A stretch of 64,000 nt of DNA from Neophaeotheca triangularis (taxonomy: Eukaryota), in assembly GCA_054600435.1 (NCBI GenBank), contig BAAIJX010000008.1, positions 62,001 through 126,000 on the forward strand. The letters run 5' to 3'. How positions within the stretch are numbered: the stretch's first letter is position 1; each line of letters opens with the position of its first letter. The translations under genes were made by a program, and so were the position numbers. This document shows, piece after piece, positions 36,088-47,896 of the stretch. Under the pieces are notes generated by a model. The model was not told the DNA's origin and did not search any database. It saw only the letters and a program-made list of their open reading frames with translations.

Positions 36088-37722
36088 ATGGCCGCCGCAG
36101 ATAATCCCCCGACTAGTAGACGATCGAGCTTCCGCAAAAGCCTCGCCGACGCCGACCTCCCCGAATCGTACTTGGAGCAGCTGGAGCAGAAACGGCGGCA
36201 GCTAGACGACTCGATACACAAATATGTGGCCAGCAAGGAACGCGAATACAAATCCTACGAAAAGGACTTGAGACTGCGTCACAGTCGCGCCGTCGAAGAG
36301 GGCACTGAAGCTCGCTCGGGAGGGGTTGGAAACGCTGCCGCGAAACGCCGGACTTCGAGCGAGTCGACACTGGATGCTGGAGATCACGCGGCCATTGATG
36401 CAATACTTGCCAGCAGTTCGAGACAAGCGTCATCGAATGCAAACGCCGTAGAGGCCCAGAAACAGCCGTCTCGCGAAACGCAAGATCTGGCAGCCGCGCG
36501 CGGCGGGAATCGGAGGACGAGCATAGAAAGGGACAAAGACTTTGTCGGGCTGTTCACGCCGCCTTTTCTGCCGGCGTTGCAGGACAAAGAGGGCAAACCG
36601 CACCTCGACAGGCACTCGTCAGCGCCCACTGTCATCGGCTCCTCGCCGACGGAAGAGCATGGCAGCACTCTGGGAGATATGAATCGCGCGCTTTCGGATA
36701 CTGTGATCCAGGCCCAGGTCAAGCGGCCTGCGCATCTCAAACTTTCACAGCGCACATCCTCTTCGGGCTCTTCGGTGGATGGGAAGTTGATTTCCGCACT
36801 GAAGTCGCCGACTGATCACTTGCGGTCGAAGCGCAAACGCGTTTCCCTCGCAGTCGGAGATGCCATTGTTGCACCGTCTGATAACGTACCGGCGACTCAG
36901 CAGACAAATACCACGCCATCGCATTCACGAGTCCGATCGCCCATACTCGAACCACGGGAACATGGCCACGAAGACACGCCCAACCATAAGACGAACATGA
37001 CAATTGCAAAAGAGCCGTCAACGAGTAGCCTTGCAGACGTCGTCCAAAGTAGAGGACGAACCGACATAAGAGACATGCAGCCCGCAGCCGCGAGCGCCGC
37101 AATAGCAGGCAGAGGAAAGGAAACCAAAGAACAATTCCAATTCACTCTTGACGCAGACGGCGACCTCTTTGACCTCGAAGACGAAGCAGCCACCGAGCCC
37201 TTCCCGGACCTCCCCGACATGGACGCCGCCGACACCGACCCTCTTAACGAAGTCACAGGCCGCATCGGCACCCCTCTAACCATAACCCCGGAACCTCCAC
37301 CCATACCCACGGAGCAATCCCCCTTACCTCAGGCTCTCCCCACCTCTTCTCCCCCTGCGGGAAGCCCAAAACCCCCTTCAAGCTCAACCGTCGCCAGCGC
37401 TCTCCCCGTCTCCCTCTCCTTCAACCCCCAATCCGCCGCGCAACCCTCCAGCACAGCCAACGCGGGCAAAGTCGCCGCGGGTTTCCGGCGCCCCTCGGCC
37501 GCTAGGGACCCGATTGTCGAGAACAGCGGTAGTGATGGTGGTGAGGACAGTGCGGAGCGCATGCGGCGGTTTAGCGATGATGCCGAAGCGAGCTTTTATG
37601 GCTCTAGTTTTAATAAACCCACGACTACGGCCAGTTTTACCGGGGGCAGTCTTGGGGAGAGTTATATGGCTAGGCATGCTGAGGAGATGGCAATGAGGCG
37701 GGAGGGTAGGTCGAAGGGTTGA
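36088..37722 (+). CDS. Hypothetical, largely disordered protein with an N-terminal coiled coil
   Basis: Long ORF with ATG at 36088. Coiled coil LEQLEQKRRQLDDSIHKYVASKEREYK; short motifs ERDKDFVGLFTPPFLPAL, KRKRVSL and GSLGESYM. Confidence 0.75.
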   Translation: MAAADNPPTSRRSSFRKSLADADLPESYLEQLEQKRRQLDDSIHKYVASKEREYKSYEKDLRLRHSRAVEEGTEARSGGVGNAAAKRRTSSESTLDAGDHAAIDAILASSSRQASSNANAVEAQKQPSRETQDLAAARGGNRRTSIERDKDFVGLFTPPFLPALQDKEGKPHLDRHSSAPTVIGSSPTEEHGSTLGDMNRALSDTVIQAQVKRPAHLKLSQRTSSSGSSVDGKLISALKSPTDHLRSKRKRVSLAVGDAIVAPSDNVPATQQTNTTPSHSRVRSPILEPREHGHEDTPNHKTNMTIAKEPSTSSLADVVQSRGRTDIRDMQPAAASAAIAGRGKETKEQFQFTLDADGDLFDLEDEAATEPFPDLPDMDAADTDPLNEVTGRIGTPLTITPEPPPIPTEQSPLPQALPTSSPPAGSPKPPSSSTVASALPVSLSFNPQSAAQPSSTANAGKVAAGFRRPSAARDPIVENSGSDGGEDSAERMRRFSDDAEASFYGSSFNKPTTTASFTGGSLGESYMARHAEEMAMRREGRSKG

Positions 37723-38629
37723 ATATCCATGGATTCTTGGTGAGGGGGACGTTGTATTGCGGGGTGAGGAGTGCAGCCACTGCAGTTCTGGGGTATGGAT
37801 AGAGTGGGGAACTATCTAGGAGCTGATTTTGCATTACGATCAACTGCCATGTGCTGGAATTCTAAACCTTGATTGGGTTTGGAAATCAGCCGAGTCAGAT
37901 GAGGAGATGAGCTAGCCGATACCTATCGAAAGCTATGTATGCGCTTTGCTGGGCGATACTTCCTCCCTTTTCCAGCATTGTTTCAAGTCGCTCCACATCT
38001 CCTTTCCAACCCTCTGCGAGTAGGCAGGCACCCATGCACCATCCCCGCGAAGTGCCACGATATAATCGGCAGTGAGAGGAGCGATGGGAGCGAATCTGTT
38101 ACAATGGGACCGAACCGTCCGCAATCTAGAAAGCCACGGCAGTAGAATCCGACAATGAAAGCAGTCGATCGATGCCATAGATGTTACGGGAAGTTGAGGT
38201 TCGATCGAAACACGACACCACGGCATTGAGTGCTGTGCCTAGTCATCTCCTGTCTAGACCATGCATCATAAGGTAGCTTTCTTTCCTCGCTGCTCCTCAC
38301 TCATTCCATCCCATGTATGCATGCCTCGAGAAACTTCGCAGTCGTGCCTTGGTATCCTTCACGCCAACCAGTGAACCCAGCCCAGCCCTGCCCTGAAACG
38401 CCTCGCTAAGTGATCAATCTCATCTCTCCCGTCTCGTCCTCATACCACGCATCCACTCGTAACTGCTCCCACACACACTCGACCCCCAAACTTCTCCAAC
38501 CATATCCATCCAACCCAGCTCCCCCTCCCACCACACCAACCCCATCGGGCCCCCCCTCCCTCCCCCACCCACCCACTCGCGAAGAACCCCCCCCCCAAAA
38601 AAAAAGCCCCCGCCCGCAAGCAACCCGAA

Positions 38630-39030
38630 TCAATGATTCCTAAAATTCTTCTTCTGATAAAACAGATCCGTCCTCGAACTGCCCAAATTAATAATCTTAG
38701 GACAACCGTCGCGGTCCTTCTCGAGCCGCGTGCACTCGAAGCAATACATGGCGTCGGAGATGCCGTCGCCGCCGCAGACGACGCACTTGTTCTGGTAGTT
38801 GCCGAAACTGCACTCGTCGCAGATGCGCACCAGCGTCGTCGGCCGCACGTAGCTGTCGCACACGGGGCATTTGCCGTCGCATTTGTCGCATAAGCGGCCC
38901 GTCGCGATGCCCGAGGTTTTGCGGCACATTACTAGGTCGCTACAAGGGGAGGAGGGGGAGGGGTTAGTGGGGTGGGGTTTTGGGGTGTCGATGGTTGAGG
39001 AGGGAGGGCTTACGGGTGATGGCGCGACAT
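38630..39030 (-). CDS. RDS3: PHF5A/Rds3/Ini1 U2 snRNP (SF3b) zinc-knot protein, 2 exons
   Basis: [55 protein letters not shown]; intron 39013-38940. Confidence 0.97.
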
Positions 39031-39441
39031 GGTTTTGTTGTTGGTTTACTGCTGTGGTTGGTGTTGGGCTTTTTCGAGTGGACTGAGGATCGTCTTTGTT
39101 TGTTGTGGGGATTTGGGACTGCCTCTTCTGTTCTTGGGCGCTTGAGCAACGAGTGTAAGTTGTAAGTGTAGCAGTGACGGAGTAGTAGTAGTAGTAGTTC
39201 GGTAGGAAGTTTCTAGAGGTCAAGCTCCGGGCCATGTGTGGCGTGTACAGCTGACTAACCCAAACTGTGGCGCTCGCTTTCACATGCATCACATCAAATG
39301 AAAGATATGCATCTTGACTCAAAGTCGCTCATGTCAGACGCTCTTAAAGTTCGGTAAATGGGACAGAACATCTGATCTACAGGCCAACCACTTTTATGCT
39401 ACACGAGGGACGCGAGAACGCTGCAAACCCCGGTCAAACCC

Positions 39442-40472
39442 TTAGAACCTGTCCCGTCTTCTCGAGCGGTATACCGTGAAACCCACATAGCCGCCCGCAA
39501 CCACCAACCCAAAGATGAGGAACTTGACCAAGAACCAGCCCCATCCACTGCTCTCGGTAATCGGGGGCGGACCGTCGGGCCTCTTCTTCTTCCTGTTCCA
39601 TTCCGTATTCTTGTTGGTCTGTCCGGTGGGGGAATAGAGGTTCTTCGTGTCGACCTTGATGATGTCGTGGTTGTCGCTCAGCTCTCCAGTCTCGGATGAG
39701 AAGCCCAGGTAGCTGACACCGGGCAGCTTCACACCTGGGACTTCAAAGCAGCGAGTCCACTCGTCTTCCTTCTTATACATCAAGTCCATGGTGAGCGTCT
39801 TCTCCTGGAAATAGGTAATCCTCGCCTTGGTTGGGATCTCCGTGTTGCGGATGCCTCTCGCCGAGCAGCCCGCAAGTTCATTGGCCTTGCCATCATTGGC
39901 CTGATCGTAGCTCGTCTGGCCATCGCCAACCATCGCCATGACATAGGGGAACACGACACCGGGCCTATTGTTCTTGTAGGTGTCGAAGAAGATCCCCAGC
40001 CCTTCGAAGCGATCCTTCATGCCAAACACCGAGCCCTGCTCTGCCCTGTCCTTAGTAACCCACATAGCAAAGCCATCGCCGAAGAGATTGCCCTTGCCGG
40101 AAATCTTGAATTCAAACTCAATCTCCCAGTTTGTAGCCGTGAGGGGAACGCGTGAGAAAATCCACCCGGATTTTGAAGGATGGTCCGAGGTCAAACGCAT
40201 GTGCTTGTCGGCACGAACGATGGTGGAGCCGCCAAAGTCGAACCAGCGGGATTGCATGTCAGAGTCGAGGTAAGGCTGATCACGGCCGATTGTTAGGCAA
40301 GATGCTCCATACTGCCTTGATTTCTCGTAATTGTACTCACACTTGAAATACTGTGCGTCCGTAGCGGTATCGATTTGATGTCTGAGGCGACCTCCTCTTC
40401 TTGCGCGAGTGCTGAAGGCGCCCATGCTGCCAGCAATGGGCATACAGCCCCTAAGAACGAAGACAACAACAT
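39442..40472 (-). CDS. L-type lectin cargo receptor (VIP36/ERGIC-53-like), 2 exons
   Basis: Signal peptide from ATG 40472; LRTHSISS|PYLDSDMQSRW; GDGFAMW, GLGIFFDTYKN, TGELSDNHDII; C-terminal TM plus RRRDRF tail. Confidence 0.9.
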
Positions 40473-40811
40473 CTCTGAGCCCACCGCATGCGCCTGCAGC
40501 AAGCTTAGAGTTCAGAAGCGAAGGAAACGTCCGAGTACTGGCGGGCGAAGTATGGAGAGTCGACACGAAGCCGGAGAATTGGTGGAAGTTGTCTTGTTTC
40601 GTGGTGATGGACAGGCTTGAGACAGGGTTGTTGACCAGCTGTCGTCAAGCCGAACCATGGTCGACGGAGCTCGGCTTCTTCCAGCAGCCACAACATCGAC
40701 GCCACAGTTGACCCGGGGCGACTCCAAGCCTCTTGAAGCATGGAACATCGAGTATGAACATTTTCGAAAAACTTATCTGAATGTAAACATACAACTCCAT
40801 GGTGCTACGAC

Positions 40812-42438
40812 ATGTCATCATGGATGTCAGATATTGCCTCATCCCATAGACTGCAGCTAGCAGTGACAGCAGCCGTATCAGTGGGCGTAACTGTCAGCGC
40901 AGTCTTGGGCTTGCAGAAGGCTCGAAGGTTGTACAATGTCAACGACTTAAAGGGCTCCATACCAGATCTAGACACCCAGCATGATATCAAAAGGGTTTGT
41001 TATCCCCGTTGGCATACTTTTATTAATGTGAAAAGCTAACGCAGCTATCCTAGATCAACACTTTTGGTGGAGCATCCCCCTCTGCAGCTTCAGGGGGCAA
41101 CGAAGAGGACGAAAGGAGCGCGGCACTTGCGCGCAGAGCGCGTTTGGGCGACTACGATGAAGGCGAGTCGTTGATACCCACGAGCCATGAAACTCCACTA
41201 ACAAGACACCAGACCTCGTGTGGGAGCAGCTAGCCCGAAACCGAGTGTTCCTCGGCGATGACGGTCTGAAAAAACTCCGCAACTCCTTGGTCGTCGTCGT
41301 CGGCTGCGGAGGCGTAGGCTCTCACGCAACCGCAGCTCTCGCTCGATCCGGCTGCGGCAAACTCCGCCTCATCGATTTCGACCAAGTCACCCTCAGCTCC
41401 TTGAACAGACACGCTGTCGCCACTCTCGCGGACGTTGGAACGCCCAAAGTACAGTGCTTGCGGAAAAGGCTAGAGCAGATCGCGCCGTGGACCAACTTCG
41501 ACTGCAGGAACGAGCTTTTCGTGGAAGCTGTCGCTGAAAAGCAGCTCGAAGCTTGGACCGACGGGCAGCGTCCTGACTATGTCATCGACGCCATCGACAA
41601 CATAGATTCCAAGGTCGCGCTCCTCCAGTACTGCAAACAGCACGAGCTGCCGGTTATATCATCCATGGGCGCTGGCTGCAAGTCGGACCCAACGCGAGTC
41701 TTCGTCGGCGACATCTCCGCCAGCACCGACGACCCGCTATCCCGCTCCACTCGGCGCAGACTGCGCCTCCTCGGTGTCAAAGAGGGCATACCGACAGTCT
41801 ACTCAACGGAAAAGACAGGACCGGGCAAGGCGCAACTCCTACCCCTGCCCGCGGAAGAATTCAACAAAGGCTCCGTCAACGAACTGGGCGTCTTGCCCGA
41901 TTTCCGCGTTCGAATCCTCCCAGTACTCGGCACGATGCCCGCCGTCTTTGGCTTGTGCGTCGCGAACCACATCATGTTAGAGCTGACCGGGTACCCGCAA
42001 GACTACATCCAAGCCAAGGGCCGGGAGAAGATGTACGATGGAATTCTGGCGCAGTTACAGGGGCTGGAAGAGCGGATAGCCCGGCACCAAGGGCTCGATC
42101 CGCTGGGTCTGCGAGTGCCCGCCGCCCTGGATGATATCGGGTATTTGGTTGAAGAGGTCTTCCGGGGCCGTAGTGTGGTGTCTGGATTGCCGACGAGGCT
42201 GGCGTTGACACGGTGGCGGAAACCCGTGGGTGACTGGATAGATACGCGCACGCCGAAGCAGAAGGCGGATTGTTTGAGTTTGGGTGAGCTCGTCTGCATG
42301 ACCAAAGATGAGGTGCAGAAGCATGAGAAGCTGGTGCTTCGGGGCGAGCAGGCGCCGGAGGATGTGTACGACAGGGCGGTGGTGGAACTTGTTGAGTACA
42401 GGATGGCTGAAGAGAGGGCTTATAGGATACAGAAGTAG
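40812..42438 (+). CDS. TCD2: tRNA threonylcarbamoyladenosine dehydratase (Tcd1/Tcd2, ThiF family), 3 exons
   Basis: N-terminal anchor; introns 40995-41053 and 41163-41212 (GC-AG). EQLARNRVFLG, VVGCGGVGS, DFDQVTLSSLNRH, DAIDNIDSK, ILPVLGTMP. Tcd1 versus Tcd2 cannot be resolved by eye. Confidence 0.88.
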
Positions 42439-42618
42439 TTGCTTAAAAATCACATTAACCCAACCCACCCGCTTCTCGCTCGGCCCCTTTGGAGAGATGA
42501 AGTTCTCCATTTCCGGACAAGTGATGCTAGCGCCACGCACCGTCGTTGCTCATGAGATACAAAATCCTGTCAAGGCACTGTCATTGCAGCTCAATCCCCT
42601 TTCATTTTCAAGACTCCT

Positions 42619-42854
42619 TCAGTGCGCCTGGTTCGGCGCGCCGACCCTGTTGTACTGGCATTGCAGTCTGTTCTGGATTACGGTCTCCGTCGACTGGAAG
42701 CTAGTCACTCCAAACACAATACAAGGGACCACTAACACCAGGGAAAACATGCCCATGAATATACTGACGACCTGCGACGTACTTCCTGTGGGACTAAACG
42801 CGAAGAGGGAAGCTGTGACGAGTATCCATAGCAGGGTGAAACCGAAAAGGGCCA
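42619..42854 (-). other. Second TM-hairpin-encoding terminal exon (alternative last exon B, or exon 2 of a small separate ORF)
   Basis: GCTAAC branch point and CAG acceptor (AG 42856-42855), phase 1. Encodes ALFGFTLLWILVTASLFAF..IFMGMFSLVLVVPCIVFGV..*. Confidence 0.5.
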
Positions 42855-42989
42855 CTGGCGAGGAATGTGTTAGCTAGTGATTCTCCCAAGTAAACACATA
42901 GACCAAAGGTCAGAAGTAACGGGCGAGCCATGGCTCAAGAATACATCCACAAGTCGAAACACTCGACTCACCACATTCCATGAGGTTTT

Positions 42990-43828
42990 CTACCGCTGAC
43001 CAGGCGGCGTTGGTCGAGTGTCGAAGGCTGCCAGAAGACGTTCTTCAGCGCGAGCCGCGTTTGCAGCCTCTGCCGCTTCATGGCGTTCTTTAGAACTCTC
43101 ATGAACGTCAGAAAACATCGTGACGAGGATACCCCATGCGAGGCCGATCATCACGACGCCGAGGATCCACCAGGTGGTCAAACCGATGATAAGCCCAGCG
43201 AGCAGAAACCAGGGAGGAAAGAACGCGACGGCGCAGACTAAGGGCAGATTGTTGGCGAGAGAGTCTTCTCGACAAGGTCCGGGGGAGGGAAAAGACGACT
43301 AAAGCATTCGCAGGGCAAATACTTACTTGCAGAGGACTTCCTGCTAGTCGCACCAGACTTGTGCAAAACGGTGTGAATCTCCTTGTAGACAATCCAGCCA
43401 TCTTCGAATCCAAAAATATCCCTATACATGGACGGCGGGTACGATAGCATCTCCTGCCCATTGCCCATAGTCCATTTGGCGGCGACCCGTCTCGCGTGGT
43501 CAATATGCAGACTCCGCTTTGTGGTCAACAACTCGACAATGAAGTCGCGGACTTGGTCCGGGGTGGCTTTCGCATCCGGGGGTTTGATGGAGCCGTCGGC
43601 TTCGCGCTGAATGTGCGATTCGGTGTAGAGCGGGAGCATCTCTTCGGTTTCGCTCGAAGGACCATCGAACAGGGGAGGGTCGTCATGGGTATGGTCGTGG
43701 GGGTTGGGCTTGTGGTCGACATTGGCGTTGGCGGCCCTCTGGGTGGCTTCGGGTTGTTGGCGTTCGACGTCCATGTCTGCTGGTGATTGAAAGTAGTTTG
43801 GAAGGAGTGCGGGTGTTGTGGGCGACAT
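42990..43828 (-). CDS. Hypothetical membrane protein: SAM/PNT-like helical domain plus C-terminal TM hairpin (isoform A)
   Basis: ATG at 43828; ATPDQVRDFIVELL..KWTMGNGQEMLSY..DIFGFEDGWIVYKEI. Phase-1 intron 43326-43238 leads to an exon with two hydrophobic helices; stop at 42990. Confidence 0.65.
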
Positions 43829-44613
43829 GGTGTAGTTGGTCGATCGGAGGAGAGCTGTGGATATTTGTAGATGCAAGGCGGCACAAGGAACCTCGAAGGA
43901 TGCGGTGGCAGAGGATGATGAGGTGGGTGTGGCTGTGCAAAGAAACAAGGCTGGCGAGGCGAGGCGCAAAAAGAATCTCCGCATTTTGCGTCTTGTGACT
44001 TGCGGGGAACTTCCGACTTCCGGCTTCAGCCCTTGAGGTACCCGACAGTATGCACTATGTATCTCCAGCACGTCCACTGGTAAGTGTAGTAGGACTGTAG
44101 GCATTACAAGCTGGCATCAAGGCGGAGTAGCATCTACTCTGTCGGTCAAGGTTTGTAAAATTAATCTGCAATTTGCTACAGGACTCTTCGAGGTTATTCA
44201 CCGTGGATGCTACGTACTCCATCGCTCGTAGCTGCGACGCCTCCATGGATGTAGCCTTGGTCTAGTCGACGGTACTGCACGCTCAGCCGAGCCGAGTGAA
44301 ATTGCTCACCGGTCACACCGGTCAACGAGCATGGGCGAGTCACAGAGCTCCTCACCAGCAGCGCAATCTTACCGTGGATTTTATGGATCTTACGGTTCTT
44401 CCTTGCGGCAACCGCGGGCCCAGACACGCCCTTGTGGCTGATATGCATTTTTTGGGCATGCTGTCGTGTCAAATTCCGCTCGACGTGATCGAAACGGCGA
44501 CGACCCGGAGTCTCGGCAACCAAACCCGGAACATTCGCCATCTGTATCTTGTTGCTCAGATTCGAGTGCTGAAATGGCGTTAACGCCTGCTTAATCGCCA
44601 CTTGCACTTTCTT

Positions 44614-46800
44614 TCAAAGCTTGCTCATCCCAGTGTTGTCAGGAAGAGCACCACTCATCTGCAGGAGCTGAGCATCACCGTCCTCTCGGCCAAAGAGCAG
44701 TTTCTCGCGACCTCCCTCAGTAGCCCACCAAGCATGACATACCTGACTACGATCAGGATCCATGTCCCCAGCGATCATAGTCTGCCAGAAATGATCTTTG
44801 CAATTCTCTCTCATTGCCGAGTCTTCAATGCGGTTCACCGTCTCGGCTGCAGTAGAAAGCCACTCTTCCAAGATGTCCAGCGGTAACAGTGCAAGTGTGT
44901 CGATGATGGTCAACACGAGCGTGGCCTGCTCTGACAAATGCACGGGGGATTCGAGGGCTGCTTCAGGTGCGGAGGCGGCTGGCTGGGGTGGCAGCGGCGA
45001 GGTGGATGCATGGATAGCACGGTCTTGTACAATTTCCAAAAGAATGGATGGCAGCATCGGCTGAGTCTGTGCGAGTGTCGCAGGCGGCGTTGTCATTCGT
45101 ACCAACGTCTTGAAAGCCATCCGGAATTGGCGGCCTGATAGGTTATCAGGAAAGACGCGGAATAGAGCTTCTGTATACGGTGGTAGATGTCTTGCTGTCA
45201 CTTCTGCGTTTTGAGGGGCCGCGAACACGGCGAGCATCACACTGTGCGCTGCTTCGAAGATTGGGAGCAGATGATTATTGGCTCCTGCGGCAAGGTATGG
45301 GCTGGCGGCTGGTACCAACAACTGCTCGCTTGTGTGTGCCGGCAATACTAGGGTGAAGTGCTCGGCGGTGTTGAGGAAGAAAAGATCCAGGCACCGGTCT
45401 AGCGGATGCTGTGGTATTGAATTGGGCTCGGCAGGTCTCACAGACAGTAGGAACGATTCTGCCTCTGCCGGATACTGCGCCAGTACGTCCAGAGCAGTGA
45501 GATAGACATATGTGTACTGCGAAAACGTCGAAGAGCCAAGTCTGGCCGAAACGAAGTAAAGGCTTCGAAGTGTTCGCAGTATTTGAGCCACAAGACCCGA
45601 AGACACTGTCACCACTCGTCAACATTGGCATACAACGGCCGAAGAACCCGAAACTTACCATCTGAAAACGCCAAGGTCGAGTCGTTCAGCGTTCTGCTTA
45701 CCACGCTCCTCAAAACGATGACGACGCCATATAATGTCGTCCGTAGGAGCCTCCACAGCTCGGGCGTCGTTGTCCGCACTGTTTCCTCGGTCAGAAAAAC
45801 GGCTTCCTCAGCCGCGTCAACCTCGGACAGCTTGTTGTGCCGCCACTGCAAGTGCAGCGTCCGGGAGAAGTCTTCGAGATCATCAACAACGCTAGTCACA
45901 AGCCCGGTATCCCCGCTGCGCTCAACGCAATGGCCAATCAATCGCGACAGCGGACCGAGGGCGGAAACCAGGGGGCTCGATGAAATGCTCGTGACATTCT
46001 GATAGGAGGGAGCTCGCTCCGTCCATTGGAAGCGCCCCTCTTTGTTTGGCTGTACATCCAAATCGATCGCGCCGAGCCAGTATCCAGAACGCAAACCTTC
46101 TCGCGAGTGGAATGCCGCACGCATCAATACGGGAAGGAGGCTCTCCACCCCAATCTGCGCTCTCTCGTGGTCAGGAAGGTGTGGAAAGACGTGGTTCATT
46201 GCCAGTGCGATAGCTTGTTGGCCGAGTCCGTCGTCCGGCGAAGTCTCCTGAAGTGCGAGATTGGCAGCGGTTGTGAAGGCGCCCTCGAGAGTGCTTCGTA
46301 GACCTCGGGGCAAGTTTTCTTGATCCGCACCCCCAAAACCCAAGAGTAAGCCTCCGAGTAGAAGGAGATGCCGCCAACGGGGTGATTGCTCGTCGGCGCC
46401 TTTGATGATGGCGGTCACCCAGTCATTCTTGGGTAGCGTACGTTCGAGTTGAAGCTGCTGAAACTCATAGTCGGCAGACTTCTCTTCCGCCGCTTGTTCG
46501 TGACGAATGAGAGCCTGAGCTGCGGAATGAAAGACACTCAAGCATCGTAGGCATGTTCGTAAGCCTTCTGGTCGAGCCCATATCGCTGGCGCTGAGAGAA
46601 GCTGGCTTGCGAGAAGAGTGACGTTGAGAGGGTTGTTCAGCGTTGTCAGTAGCGATGCTGCAGTGCCCAGTATTCTGCATCGCGTTAATGTGACGAGCTT
46701 TGAATGTCTTGAACGTATCACCGTACCTAGGGGTATCTTCTTGGTCCGCAAGCGTTTGGAGGGAGCGAAGCAAGGTTCCCAGCAGACGATCGGCTGGCAT
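44614..46800 (-). CDS. PEX8: Peroxin Pex8, 3 exons
   Basis: MPADRLLGTLLRSLQ..|ILGTAASLLTTLNNPLNVTLLASQLL, LHLQWRHNKLSEVD, LDLFFLNTAEHF; C-terminal PTS1 -SKL. Confidence 0.92.
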
Positions 46801-47193
46801 CTCGTTGGAACAAGGTCAGGCTGTCCTTGGATGGTGCCCTAGGTGCCCAACAAACGAATAGAACGACGAGAGTTGTGGCAATGCTGCAGAAATAACAGGT
46901 GTGTCTCTGTCGACGCAACCATCGCTATCGCGTTGGAAGTCGAGGCGTGTAGGTATGCAACCTCGGCTCAAAGTGGCATCACGTGAAGCAAGCGGCGCCG
47001 GAACCAGGTACGAGCTGCCGGCGGCGGACTTCACCTCTCGCTTCTTAGACGTTCATCATCAAAACTACCAATTTTGAATGCCTAAACACGAAAACTGTAG
47101 CAAAGAGCTCAAGAAGTCAAGATTATCTTCCCATGCCATGACCAGTTTTCGAACGTGAGACCATTTCTTCCGCAACCCAAACCAACCGCCAGC

Positions 47194-47784
47194 ATGAGGT
47201 AAATCACACCCGGCCCCGTCCTAACCCAACCACGCGCATCCCTTTAACCAAACACCCCCTTCCAACAGCAATGACGACTTTGTCCGAACAATCACCTACG
47301 AAACACCCCTCTCCTACGAACCCCCGCCCTTTCCCTCACTCTACTGGCCCTTCCCCGTCGGTGGCACCCAAACAAACTACCTCTATGACGCGCAATCCAT
47401 GTTCCGCTTCACGCTCCTGTGGACGCTCATCTGCGTCGTCGGCACGCACTTGGTAGCCGCCAGCTACGCCATGGCGGTGCAGTACCGCAACTGGAAAGTC
47501 ATCTGGCTCGTGCCGATAGTGTACGCGTTGATTGGGGGCGTGGAAGCTGCCATGGCGGGGAGTGTGACTGGTGGGCTGTGAGTGTTTTTCTTTTCTCGCC
47601 TTCTCCTCTTTTGGGCGGGTTTCGCGGGTGTTTGATTGAGCCTTCGCTGATTGTTGACTGCAGGCTTGGTGGCGTGTACACGGCCGGTTACCTTAGGATG
47701 TCGACTTGGATTCCGTTTTCGTGGGGTTGCATCAACGCCATGGTGCTGATTCTGTCTTCTTTCGCTATTCAGGGTGGTCTATGA
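47194..47784 (+). CDS. Small integral membrane protein, TMEM170-like, 3 exons
   Basis: ATGAG|GTAAAT micro-exon at 47194; PPPFPSLYWP, YLYDAQSMFRFTLLWTLI, LGGVYTAGYLRMSTWIPFSWG..ILSSF. Confidence 0.82.
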
Positions 47785-47896
47785 GTACCCTATCATACGG
47801 AAGTCGCGCCGCCGCGCGCAAACGACTCTCGACATCCATCTCGAAGAATCGGCACTTGCTCTCACCTCCTCGAGCCAGGATTCAACCCTCAATATT

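Noticed and set aside
44055..44607. Short ORFs between PEX8 and the SAM-like gene
   Set aside because: I could not join them into a coherent spliced frame.
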